Assembly (NCBI RefSeq): GCF_009834535.1 | Contig: NC_045697.1 | Location: 59,150,001-59,214,000 of the forward strand | Reading direction: 5' to 3' | Length of the DNA stretch: 64,000 nt | Source: Camelus ferus | Lineage: Eukaryota | Part shown: positions 25,151 through 37,050 of the stretch, in pieces | Layout of the letters: the number at the start of each line of letters is the position of its first letter | Position numbering within the stretch: the stretch's first letter is position 1 | Position numbers and translations under genes: made by a program | The notes under the pieces: model-generated | Told to the model about the DNA's origin: nothing | The model's input: only the letters and a program-made list of their open reading frames with translations | Database searches by the model: none

Positions 25151-25249
25151 TCTCTTGGCAGTTCTGAAATAATGAAGCATAAAAGAATATTCAGAATTGT
25201 GCAGCATAATCACTGCCACGTAACTGAAGTAATATTCTGGCCGTATGTC

Positions 25250-25425
25250 ATGGTACAGAGAACTCAGGACGTGGATTCAGAAGATGCTATTTTCAGTCTT
25301 GTCCTTACCACTAATGCACGGAGGATTGGGCAAGTCAGTTGATATTTCTAGATTTTATCTACCCTGTTGGAAGAATTGTTATTTTAAAATATCTGTCCTA
25401 CCTGCATTACAAGGTTAATGTGGCC
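25250..25425 (+). mobile_element. MIR SINE
   Basis: tcagaag...cagtcttgtccttaccacta...ttgggcaagtca...cctacctgcattacaaggtt. Confidence 0.55.
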
Positions 25426-25659
25426 ACCAAATTGTGTATATTATAAATTTAGAGCACTGTGCAAATGGAAGATCCTTGCTAGGACACACACACACACACG
25501 CACACACACAACTACACCATTTATACGCGTAGAACTACGTGTGCTATACTCTGATTCTCATGTTTTCCCATGCTGCTTGAATGTCTTGTCCATAAATGCT
25601 GTATCCTCTTCTGGAGATGATACGATGCACCTGCATGTTTCTTCTTCCCAGGACCAAAG

Positions 25660-26048
25660 TATTAATTCCACAGCATGAAGAATGTAAGCTGCTCACAGAT
25701 GAGTTCCTCAAGTATTCCCTCCCTCTGTTGAAGGGAGATATCTTACTCAAGATGATATTCCCTCCCTAGGAACATAATTCAACATCTGTCCTTCACAGCA
25801 GTAATTATGGTGGGTTCCTTTCCTACTTCTAGATGACTCTGAAGGACCATCTCATGTTCCTGGAGCCCCCACTGAACTGATGGTGGCTCCGTGAGCCCCA
25901 CTCTTCCCTCTAGCCAGTTCTGAGTCCCTCATCCCACACCCCCGTCCATCCCCATTCCCACCATGAATTGTTCCTTAGAGCACTTCTGGATAAATCTTCT
26001 GTGCGCATTCCCATCTTAGAACCTGCTTCCTAGGACCCTTGACCTACA
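25660..26048 (+). mobile_element. ERVL LTR (LTR16-like)
   Basis: 3' end ataaatcttctgtgcgca...catcttagaacctgcttcctaggacccttgacctaca resembles the LTR16 group. Confidence 0.5.
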
Positions 26049-26130
26049 GTAGCCTCCTAGCTCCTACCTTGCCTTTGCTATCGTTTTTTCTCAACACTCA
26101 GCCAGAGACATGCTGTTAGAACAAAATAAC

Positions 26131-26578
26131 TGTGTTTCCTAGAGCTAACGTAACAAAGTACTGCAAACTGGGTAACTTAAAACAACAGAATTCTATTGTC
26201 TCACTGTTTTTCTAGAAGTTGGAAATCAAGATGTTGGCAGAGCTAATCTCCCTCTGAGACTCTAGATAAAGCCCTTCCTTGCTTCTTGCTAACTTCTGAC
26301 AGTGGCCGTCAATCCTTGGCATTCCACAGTTGGCAGCTACATCCCTCCAAATTCAGCCTCTTCATCACATGGTGCTCTCCCTGTATGTCTGTCTTTGCAT
26401 GGTGTTTTCCTTTTCTTATAAGGAGGCTGGTCGTAATGGATTAGGAGTCACCCTAATGACCTCATCTTAACTTGATGATATCTACAAAAACCCTTTTTCC
26501 AAATAAGGCCAAATTCACAGGTACCTGGGGTTAGGACATCAACATACCTTTTGGGGGTGCACAGTTCAGCTCCTAACA
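26131..26578 (-). mobile_element. MLT1 (ERVL-MaLR) LTR
   Basis: tttcctag...aacaaagtac...cttaaaacaacagaa...tcttataagg...ctaatgacctcatcttaact...ttccaaataagg...gggggtgcacagttcagc...aca. Confidence 0.85.
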
Positions 26579-27004
26579 ATGGCCTTGCCTTAAACCCTCC
26601 AGCTGTGCCCTCTATCACTCAGACTAAATCTGAAGTGGCCTGCAAAGCCCTGCAAAGTCTGACTCCCACCAGCTCCATGGCCTGATCTTCAGCATCTCTC
26701 CCCAGAGATCACTTTGCTGCAGTCATAGTAGCTTCCTTGTTGCTCCTTCCACATTCCAGGCACACCCCTGTCTCAGGGCTCTGCATCTGCTAATCTTTGC
26801 ACCTCGAGTGCTCTTCACCCAGAGGTTCACACCGCTCTTTGCCTAACTTCCTTCAGGTCTGTGAACAAAAGTTGCTTCTCAGGTGCTTTTTCTAACACTC
26901 CACTTAAAATTACAAACAATCTTATCCCACTTCCTTTTTTTCTTCCACAGAACTTCTCACCTTCTAATACACCACATAATTTACTTATTCACTTGTGTTT
27001 ATTG

Positions 27005-27255
27005 CAGGCCTACAATGTGACTTCTGTGGCCTCAAGGCTCTTTTGCCTTAATGATCCCCTTCCTCCATAAAAATATTTTAAATTATATTTTATGACTGCA
27101 TCGGTATGAAGAAAAATATAATTCAGATGGATGCATTATTGTAACATTCTATTTTTCCTTCTGGTTTTAAAACACATTAAAATTAAAACATTCTCGTGGG
27201 CCCTTCATAGTACTGTGGGGCTTAGGCCCTGTAGGTAATGGATAAGTTGGCCCTG
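27005..27255. mobile_element. hAT-Tip100-type MITE inserted in L2
   Basis: CAGG...CCCTG termini; taatggataagttggccctg end; decayed 8-bp TSD (gtttattg / atttgtag); interrupts L2 sequence. Confidence 0.65.
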
Positions 27256-28644
27256 ATTTGTAGCTGTTTCCCCATCAGAATGTAAGCTCTTGGAGGATGA
27301 GAACTTTTGTCTGTTTCGCTCATTGATATTTCCCCAGCAAGTAAAACAGGGCCTGCCATATAGCAATGTTCAATAAATATTTGCTGAACATATGAATGGC
27401 TAAAAATATCATTTTGGTTTTCCATTAAACTTAGTTTTCCATTCCCTTAGTGAAATTGGTTTGTGTGGCTTAACCTAGAATGTGCTGTTACTTCCACTTC
27501 AACACTTAAAACTTCAAGAATAATTCTGCAATAGGCCAACCAGGCTTTGAACTAACCGCAGGTCTCTAGCCTTACACAACTCTTGAGAACCATGGGATGC
27601 TTATGGTAGGTGAGCCAGAGGAATTACTTTTCTGTAGCCCACCTTGGTGCACTGGGGAGTTCTTATTCTGTCAGGGAATTACTACAAATATTATGAGAAA
27701 CATTTTTTGAAACTAAAAAAAACTTCCTTAAATAATTACAAAAAAAAATTTGCTGGTACCTTGAGCTAAACCATAATCTTGAAATATCTCCTAAGTAACA
27801 AAATAAATCATGAAAAAAAACTTAAAATAATTTTACAGAACTAAAGTAGTGTGGTTGCCGTATTACAGAGATTTGTTTTAATGAAAAAAGGAAAAACAAA
27901 AACTGTATGAAACTGGTGGGTCTCAGGTGGTGGAGCAAGGGTAAAAGAATGACTAAATTTGATTTGTATTTATTAGAAAAGGAGAGATCAGACCTCCAAT
28001 TTGATTTGGGAAAACTGAAGTTAAACTTGCAGGGGTATAAATATTGCTTATTTTGTACTGAAGAATCCTGGTACTTATAAATTTCTTGGGATAAAAATCA
28101 CTGAAACCCTTTTGAGAAGAAATATCATTTCATGAGATGCAAAAATCATTACAGTGCTGCATACATTTATTAACATGTAGAATATTTTAACGTACAGGAA
28201 ATTAGGAAACATCATTATTTCTTTACCCTTTCTAGAATGACTAGAAACTTTTCCATTTGTTCTACATTCCACAGCTTCATGTGTTTTCCTCAGAACTTGG
28301 CTAATCCTCAAAATTTAGTTACACATGTCTGTCCACCATTAGACTGCTGAGGAAGCAGGTAAAATTTATTTTAGTGCATATATTACCCAGCATGATGCGT
28401 TTCATATGGAATAGATATTTAATGAATGAACTGTTGAATAGGAAGCAATTTAAAAACTACAGACACAGGGTTATTTCTTAAGGTTATTTTTACCGTATAA
28501 ATATTTAGGAAATTCTTTCCTTCGAAGGTTTCTTTTTTACTACCCGACACAAATGTGTTCATTTGCCTAGTTAAGATATGGAGTTCCAAGCCCATCAAAG
28601 CACAGCAGTAATATTGATCTAATACTTGCCTAGAAGTTTGTGGA

Positions 28645-28835
28645 GAACATTATATACATGATCTCATTTAATAATAAAAACAACTCAGAGATACAGGAGT
28701 TATTTACTTCATATTCTAAATTAAAAAGGCCAAGGACTGGCTAACTTGCTCAAGGTCAGACAGGCAGTAAGTTGAAGAGCTCAATTCAAACCTAAGCCTG
28801 AATAATTCCAAAACTAATTCCTGTTCCTTCTCTTA
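28645..28835 (-). mobile_element. MIR SINE
   Basis: atgatctcatttaat...taacttgctcaaggtca...attcaaacctaagcctg. Confidence 0.65.
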
Positions 28836-30345
28836 CATTTGCAAAAGATCAACTCTACAAAGTACTGTGGCATTTTGGAACAGAGCAATCTTTTTAAGCA
28901 AGATATTAAGAGATAACATAATGAACTTTTATAAAATAGTTGAAATTTTAATTTAGTAACCAATACATTAAAATAATAATTCTGAAACATAATGACTTTT
29001 GCCAGAGAGACCTATATGAAAATGATGAATATATTTCTAGGGAAGATGTAGACATTTACAGTGACAAATATTGGTTCATAGTATTTTACATCATTTTAAA
29101 ATCTATATTTTTTCTTGTCCAGTTCAATTGTGAAAATGATTCTACCACTTTTATCTTCTTTGTGCTTCTTTATCTTTTGTGATTATGTATTTCTGCCTGT
29201 CTCCTTTAGTCTTAGATGTCCCATCTTTGCTTCTATTGCTGATTTTTTCTTCCTTATTTCTATGAATTCATCATTCATCCAAAGTTTCTTTATATCTTTT
29301 CTTTTTTTTTGTTGTTCTCCTGAAAGACCTTATTACCATATTGTCTATGTGGCTTTAAAAAGTTTCAATGTAGATCTGTGCAATGTTTCTTCTCAGATTT
29401 CAGAGCCAGGGAAATATCTCTTTTCTGATAATTTGGTTTTCTACTTATTAGCTATTGAGGGCTATGTATCCTATTATGTTCCCCTTTTGCTTTGAATGCC
29501 AGAAAGATAAGCATTTGGTTTTGTGCACAATAGCAATAGTTCCCCTAGACTTCGTTGTCTGGGATGATTATGGTTCTCATCATTACTTGTCTGTTGTCAT
29601 TGTTCAAATGGTGTTACAGTTTTGTTATGTGTGACCTTAATTTGTAAGATCCCTCCCTTTCCTGTTGAAGATAAGGAAGAAAAAGAGGAAAAGACGAGAA
29701 AGAGACTGAAAGAGAAAGGAGAGGTAGGCAATTTTAACACTTCATCAGTTTTGCTGCAAGTCTGGTTCTGCCCTGTTTTCTTCAGTTTAAGTTAATGATT
29801 TCTGTCTTGATTCACTGAACAAGTTCTTGCTCTGTATCCAACTCAGTGTCGCTGGGATGGCTGCTTTATTCTTTTGTGCTCGACATGTCTTCATATTTCA
29901 TTTCCTCTGGGAATGGAGCATTTCTTTATGACAAATTTTTTCTACAGTCTCTCTTCTTCCCAGATGGAAGCCCTGCTTGTAAAGGCCAGATCTACATAGG
30001 TAGTCTTATTATCCTTGGCCAGGTAGACCCTATTCTGAATGGGAGCCTCTCTGTCCATCTGTCTGTTGCTATATATACGTATGCACACATACCTGTGTGT
30101 ACACACGTGTATATACACACATACATGCATATTAATAGAATTAAGAGTCCAATAGGAGGTGCTGGTGTCTATTCACATTAATGCTAACCACTTATCTAGG
30201 CCGTTTCTGTTATCTGTCCCATATTTTAGTTGGTTGACTTTTCCTCTACTATTTGTCTTTCAAGGTGTCTTTTACAACTTAGCATCTATGCCTAGTTTGA
30301 GATTCATGCCCAACACTGCCAGCCTCAACCCATGTCAAGTATTCC

Positions 30346-31232
30346 CTTTTTATTCTCCTGCTAAAAGCTTTATTGTTTCCATTTGGTCCATGGCTTGGGA
30401 GAGGGCTCCAGGATGGTTAAAAAGCTGCCTGGTGACTGCAGAGAGAGGCGTCAGGCAGAAGCCCTGACATCAAAGGCTGCTGGGTTGCAGAGGCTCATAG
30501 TCGTGCTTGAGGGTGAGCCTTTCCAAGAGGTAGTCACCCAGCCCAGCCTGGGGACCAGACAGCCTGCAGAGGTTAGTCAGGAGGTCGCCTATCTTCTTGA
30601 TGAGTGTCACCTCCTCATCTAGGAAATGGCTCTCCCAGAAGTCACAGAGGTGGGGGTCTGCACAGGCAGAACCCAGGGCACACAGATCCAAAAGGGCCTG
30701 GTTCAGGTTCTTCTCTCGGAGCACAGTTGCTTCCGTAGCGTCCTGGGTCTTATCCCACTCGTCATGAGGTGGCTTCTGCACGTCCTGGAAGAGGGTGCAG
30801 CCGCTGTGCTGGTTTTGCAATTTCAAGAGCCAGTCATCGCCTTCTTGCTTCTCCTCAGCCAATTCGTGGAAAAAGTGGCCCACACCCTCCAGAGCCACAT
30901 CCTCGCAGTCGAAATAGAAGCCCAGAGAGAGGTAGCTGTAGGAAGCCCACAGATGCATGCTGACCAGGCGGTTGAAGGCAGCCTCCACTTCGGTGGAATA
31001 ATTCTGACGAAATCTGGGCGCTCATGATTGATCAGTAATAAGGAGTTAAGCTCAAAAAAAAAAAAAAAGTCTGGTCCCAGAGGCTGAGGATAGCAGAGTG
31101 GCTGGTTCCAAAGGTTGTGACTGGAAAAAAGGCTGAAGGGTGGTTGGAGGCTGGAGCAAGGGGCATCCCTGGGTCTGTTCGGTCCAAACACTGTTGAAGC
31201 AAGAGACAGATCCGCAGGACCGCTGAACACAG
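30346..31232 (-). pseudogene. FTL: Ferritin light chain processed pseudogene (full-length retrocopy)
   Basis: Intronless FTL-like translation ([11 protein letters not shown]...YLSLGFYFD...HFLDEEV...ERLTLKHD). ATG at 31025; +1 insertion after codon 5 (ATTTCGT vs ATTCGT); ancestral stop now TAT at 30497-30499; AATAAA at 30369-30374; short A-rich tail. 13-bp TSD tg(t/c)caagtattcc at 30333-30345 and 31233-31245. Confidence 0.96.
31175..31209 (-). promoter_or_regulatory. Iron-responsive element (IRE) in the retrocopied FTL 5'UTR
   Basis: Minus strand reads CTGTCTCTTG-C-TTCAA-CAGTGT-TTGGA-CCGAACAG: CAGUGN loop, 5-bp upper stem and bulged C of ferritin IREs. Confidence 0.9.
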
Positions 31233-32662
31233 TGCCAAGTATTCCTTCTGTTGTTGGAAAATCTAGCTTGGTTTTAAATTCTTTTATCTCTGTAGAAAGT
31301 TAGAAAGAAACCTCACTTCATAGCCCTCTAGTTTGGTTTGGAGTTTGATGCTATGTTGATTGTAGATTACATCATTCTGTGTGCATGTACATACATATGT
31401 TTATAAGTATATATTTATATTCTGCCTTGTCCAATAAAAAGGATATTCATTTCTATAAATTAGTTGTGCCACTAACATATTGTGTACCTGTAATTCAATT
31501 CATCAGAACTCTACTGAGTACAAGGCACTATACTAGCTCAATATAATACATATGAATAAGACATTAAGTCCATTCTTTACGGAGTCACAATCTACCCTGG
31601 AGACAAACATACCTGTAATATAAGCAGACAGAGATATGGATCTTGACAGTGATTCAAAATCTGTGACTGAAAATGTTTCCTAGTGGCACACATCTGGGGT
31701 AGACCCGCATATTGGTGTGAGTTCCAGAGTACTGTCACTGTGACCTTTTTTCCTTAGCAGTCATGGTGGACTGTTTTAGGAATAATCTTGAATTCAAACC
31801 AATGTATGCTAGTTAAGTGAACTTGGGCAAGTTACTTAGCCTCTCTGTAACTTATTTCCCTGTTAATAATATGTAGTCGCATATATTTATTAAATGAATG
31901 AATACATGTATGTGCCTGGCCCCAAGCCACACTAAGGGATACAGTGGTGTACATGTACAAGACAGCCAAGTTGATATTTCATGAAGATTAAATTTGAAAG
32001 GACATCCATACTGATCAAACTATAGTAGCATATACTTGCATACACAATACATAGTGTATTATAGTAATGTTTTATGCCATTATTATAGCATATTTGGGAG
32101 ATCATTTATTCAATGTATCCTATATATTTCTTTAGGTTTACATGTAACAAAAAGTGAAATTTTTCTTGCATCACCCAGGAATCAAAGTGGCAAAGATATA
32201 ATCACCAAGAGTTACATATATCATGTATATTGAATGTTTTATCTTAAGGAAGAGAATACAACATAGTAAGCGTATTCGGCAACTTTCCCTCAATGCAGAG
32301 ATACCACAGTTATTATTAAATGCTGCTTGATTTGACATTCCACTGATTCTTGACTCTGGCAGTGGGGAGGAATACCAAAGTTCCCAATATGCTATATTTT
32401 AGGTTTTAGATCACCTCTGGCTCCTCTGTTATTCCCTGAACTTAATAAGGACATGTGTTTTCCAGATCTCATAAAGTGTAGGGAGATGTGACCTAAGTTG
32501 TTGGAGAAAGGAGTCAGTAGATACCTCAGAACAGCCCCCTTCATCCTGATTATAGCACATGAGATGTCAACCTAGATCTATACGCTTCTCCAGTAGCTGG
32601 AACCCAGAGTAACTTCTGAGAAATACTGACCTCTGGACTGGCTCTATGCAGAGATGGAAGAA

Positions 32663-32663
<1 letters not shown>

Positions 32664-32698
<35 letters not shown>
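32664..32698. repeat. (TG)17 microsatellite
   Basis: Read directly. Confidence 0.97.
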
Positions 32699-32700
<2 letters not shown>

Positions 32701-32848
32701 AAAGCAGTGATTAAAGATTTGTCAGGCTTTCTCCTGTTCTTTCATCATTTACTCAAACCTATGAGTATGACAGTGAAAGGTTTTTGTTAAAATGTAAACA
32801 AGTGAGATATGCTTAACAATGTGTTCAAATGTTTCAAACTAATAACTT

Positions 32849-33653
32849 AAAATTTTTTCCTAAAACTTTTTAAAATTGATGTACAGCTGATTACAGTATT
32901 AAATTATTTTCAGGTGTACAACATACTGATTCAACATTTAAATATGTTATAAAGTGTTTACTACAATAAGTCTAGTAACCATCTATCACCATTCAAAGTT
33001 ATTACAGTATTATTGACCACATTCCTTATGCTGTTTATTACTTCCCTGAGGCTTATTTATTTTACAACTGGAAGTATTTATCTCTTAATCCTCTTTACCT
33101 ATATTATCTAACCCCCCATCCTCCTCCCCTCTGACAACAACCAGTTTGTTCCCTGTATTTATGAATCTGTTACTGTTTTGTTTTTTTTTTTAATTTTAGA
33201 TTCCACATATAAGTGAGATTATGCAGTATTTGTCTTTCTCTGTCTGACTTATTTCACTTAGCATAATGCCCTCCAGATTTGTTCATGTTGTCACAAATGG
33301 CAAGATTTCATTCTTTTTTATGGCTGAGTAATATTCCATTATATATATATATATATAAATCACATCTTTATCCATTCATATATCAATGAACACTTAGGTT
33401 GTTTACGTATCTTAGCTATTATAAATAATGCTGCAGTGAGCATAAGGGTACATATCTTTTCTAATTAGTGTTTTTGTTTTCTTTGGGTAAATAACTATTC
33501 AGAAAAGGAGTTGCTGGATCATAAGGTAGTTCTATTTTTAGTTTTTTGAGTAAACTTTGTACTTTTTCCAGAGTGGCTACACGAATTTTCATTCCCACCA
33601 ACAGTGTAGGAGGGTTCCCTTTTCCCTTCACCCTGGCCAACACTTGGTATTAT
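32849..33653 (-). mobile_element. LINE-1 3' fragment (ORF2 end plus 3'UTR, L1MA-like)
   Basis: ttttagattccacatataagtgag...tctgacttatttcacttagcataatg motifs; degenerate ORF2 C-terminus (LKKLKIELPYDPATP). TSD aaacta(a/g)taactt at 32836-32848 and 33654-33666. Confidence 0.88.
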
Positions 33654-33834
33654 AAACTAGTAACTTTTAAACCATTTTACTCAGCTAGAAAAACAATGTG
33701 AATATGGATATAGTGGACCTCAGCTTACTTATCTGTACACAGGGGCAATAACAGAAAGTCCTTGTGAAGATTAAAAAGTTACTATTTGTTCAGTGAAGTG
33801 CTTAGAAAAATACTTAGCCCATAGAAAGCACTAT

Positions 33835-33940
33835 TTATATATGCACACACAGATATACTACATATATATATATACACACACACACACACTATATATATAC
33901 ATATACACTATATATATATTCACACACATATACACACACT
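33835..33940. repeat. Compound (TA)n/(CA)n low-complexity repeat
   Basis: Alternating tatata/cacaca blocks. Confidence 0.9.
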
Positions 33941-34119
33941 ATTATTCCTAAATTATTTAAATGCAGAGTACCTATTAATTATAAAGTAGCTGCTTGAAGG
34001 ATATACATCAAAATGTTAATGACAGATCTCAGGGTTATGTGATTACAAGTAATTTTCTTTTCCTTTCCTATATATCTGTATTTTGTAAATTTTCTGTGAT
34101 CAATATGAATTTTACTGTG

Positions 34120-36400
34120 TGTAGCCAAGATGATGTAGGAGGAAGAGCCTGAACTCACTTCCACCTATAGGCACACCAAAATTAGGACTATTTACAGAAC
34201 AACTAAGAGAATGACCTGAAGACTAGCAGAAAAGATTTTTCACAACTAAAGATAAAACCACAGCTGGGTGGATAGGTGGGGTAGAGATCCAATACAGACA
34301 AGACCTATGCCCCCAGGGAGGTGATCCACAACTGGAAGAATATTACAACTGCATAGGTTCTCCCCAAAGAGTGGGGGTCTGAGGCCCACATCAGGCTTCC
34401 TGCACCAGGAAGATGAGACCCCAGAACATCTGGTTTTGATGGGCAGAGGGGCTAGCATACAGGAGAGCTAGAGAGCTCTAGGAAACAGAGATTCTGCTCT
34501 TAAAGGGCATGTGAAAAATCTCATATGTTCCAAGTCTCAACACAGAGGCAGGAAATTGAAAGAAGCCTGGGTCAGGTCTACTTTCTGATCTTGGAGAGTC
34601 TATTGGAAAAGGAGGAAGCAACTAGGACTGCCCCTGGGAACACAGATGCTGATGGCAGCCATTTTGGGAAGCTTGTTCTAGCACAAGGACACTGGTGTTG
34701 GCAAGCACCGTTTTGGAGTCCTCCCTCTAGCCTATTAGTGCTGAGGGCTTACTGCCCATCATGGGCTGGCCGCCACTGCATAAGGCAGAACATGGCAACC
34801 AAATGGGCTGGGGCCATCTCTGTCTACCACTGTGTCCACAACAGACAACCCACCACAGCAGAAGAGCCCAAACAGGGGGTACCCCTAGAGCAACTAGCTC
34901 TGGTGACCAAAGGGAAGTTGGCTGCCAAACCCCATGATTTTTCAGGAGAAAGTTTGCAGGCCCGAAGAGAGTAACATGATACATTCAAAGTGATGAAAGG
35001 GGGGGAAAAAAACCTACAACCATGAATACTCTACCCAGCAAGGTTATTATTCAAACTTGAAGGAGAGAGAAAGCATTTTACGGATGAGCAAATGCTAAAA
35101 GCATTTGGCATCACTGAACCAGCTCAACAAGAAATATTAAAGAAACTTCTAAGTAAAAAAGAAAAGGCCACAACTAGAAATATGAAAATTATGAAAGGAA
35201 AAAAATCTCACTGGTAAGAGCAAACATGCTTTAAAGGTAATAGGTCAACAATGTATAAAGCTAGTAGGAAGGTTAAAAGACAAAAGTAGTAAAATCATCT
35301 ATATCCACAATAGATATTTAAGGGATACAAGAAACAAAAAGATGTAAAATGTTATGTCAAAAGCATTAAACATTGGGGAAGGGAGTGAAAATACAAGGTT
35401 GTTAAAATGCATTTGAACTTGAGAAAGGAACAAAAAAGAATTACCAAAAAACTCCACACAAAATGATGAACAAAATGGCAATAAGTAAACACCTATTCAT
35501 AATTACTTTAAATGTAAATAGACCAAATTCTCCAAGCAAAAGACATTAAGTTGGTGAACAGATTTTTTTTAAAAGACCCACATATATGCTGCTTGTAAGA
35601 GACTTACTTCAGATCTAAAGCAAAGCCTGAAAGTGATGGGGAGAGAAAAAGGTATTCGATGCAAATAGAAACAAAAAGAAAGCTGGGGTAGCAACACTTT
35701 GACCAAATAGACTTTAAAACAAAACTGCAACAAGAGACAAAGAATGATATTACATAATGATGAAGGGATCAATCCAACAAGAAGAGATAACAATTGTAGA
35801 TACATATGCACCAACATAGGAGCACCTAAGTACATAAAGCAAATGTTAACAAACATAAAGGGAGACATTGAAAGTAACACAATAATAGTAGGGGATTTTA
35901 ACACTCCATTTACATCAATGGACAGATCATCCAGACAGAAAATCACTAGGGAAACTCATGCCTTAAATGACACATTAGACCAGATAGACTTAATAAATAT
36001 ATATGGAACATTTCAACCCAAAGCAGCAAAATACTCATTCTTTTTAAGTGCAGCTGAAACACATGAATGAAGTGCACATTCTCCTAGGTAGATCATATAT
36101 TAGGCCATAAAACAAGTCTCAATAAATTTTAGAAAATTGAAATCATACTCAGCATCGACTCTGATCACAACACGATGAGACTAGAAATGAACCATAAGAG
36201 AAACTGCAAAAACACAAACATGTGGAAGCTAAACAATGTGCTACTAAACAACCAATTAGTAAAAAAAAAAATTTTTAATATTAAAAAGAAAAAACGTAAT
36301 AAAAATTAAATTAAATTAAAATTAAAAAAAGAAAAAAACTTAATCAATTGGTGACTAAAGAAATCAAAGAGGAAATTAAAAAAAAAAAAAAAAAAAAGGA
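34120..36400 (+). mobile_element. LINE-1 5' portion: 5'UTR, ORF1 3' end, degraded ORF2 endonuclease domain
   Basis: L1 5' start (ccaagatg...aggaagagcctgaactcac); ORF1 C-terminal sequence from ~34935; ORF2 start near 35475 (IITLNVN); APE motifs IIVGDFNTP and SDHN (~36160). Frameshifted. Confidence 0.9.
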
Positions 36401-36419
36401 AAGAAAGACCCTAAAAGAT

Positions 36420-36725
36420 ATATCATGACTTAGTAGGAAGTCAGCGAATGGCAAGAAAATTTGTGTCAGGGGCTGGAAAAATTGAGACCCAAGATAAGCA
36501 GTGGCGAAACATTTGGCAAAAATACTGTCTGTGAAAATCCTAGAAGGCAGACTATGTGCATACCAGATCTGCATCCATCTGTGTCCTTGAATAAATGGGT
36601 GGGGTAAAGCCTCTGCCCCACCTATTGTATTTTAAGTGAGTGTAAAAATTAAATTCTATTGTGTTAAGCCACTGAAAAATTCAGATTCGTCTGTTATTGC
36701 AGTTAGTACCACCTTAATTAATACA
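36420..36725 (+). mobile_element. MaLR internal/LTR fragment
   Basis: gcagtggcgaaacatttggcaaaa (MLT internal-like) and LTR end aaattctattgtgttaagccactga...ttaataca. Confidence 0.6.
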
Positions 36726-36864
36726 GTCTTTTATGTACATATCAATGTGTACATTTTGGTTTTTATTTTGTTATTAACCAAGGACTTTTTTCCATGAATT
36801 ACTTAAGTATTACAGAATTTTGTCCAAAATTATTTTGTATATACTAGAGATTAGGAATAAAGGA

Positions 36865-37050
36865 TAGTTGTTAAGCACTTGTTTTTTTGGCCAGGTACTC
36901 TACTAAAATACTTATATTATCTCACTGATGCTTTATAGCGTGACCCATAGCAGATATACAATTCTTATCTCCATTTTACATTTTACATCCATTTACAGAT
37001 GAGAAAACTAAGATTGAGACAGTTTAAGTAACTTTGGTTAAAGATATAGC
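36865..37050 (-). mobile_element. MIR SINE
   Basis: ccatttacagatgagaaaactaag...aagtaactt. Confidence 0.65.

Larger units (their letters stand above)
26050..27400 (+). mobile_element. LINE-2 3' region split by MLT1 and MITE insertions
   Basis: L2 body motifs on both sides of the MLT1 LTR; tail cctgccatatagcaatgttcaataaatatttgctgaa at ~27350-27390. Confidence 0.7.

Noticed and set aside
30470..30988. 172-aa ferritin ORF as a functional gene
   Set aside because: Starts at an internal GTG. The true ATG is out of frame, and the copy is intronless with TSDs and CpG-decay substitutions.
30626..31027. 133-aa plus-strand ORF
   Set aside because: Antisense shadow of the FTL coding sequence.
35744..36070. 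108-aa endonuclease-like ORF as a host gene
   Set aside because: Frameshifted fragment of L1 ORF2.
32849..36400. Two opposite-strand L1 pieces as one twin-primed inverted element
   Set aside because: The minus-strand piece has its own TSD, and ~450 bp of unrelated DNA separates the two.
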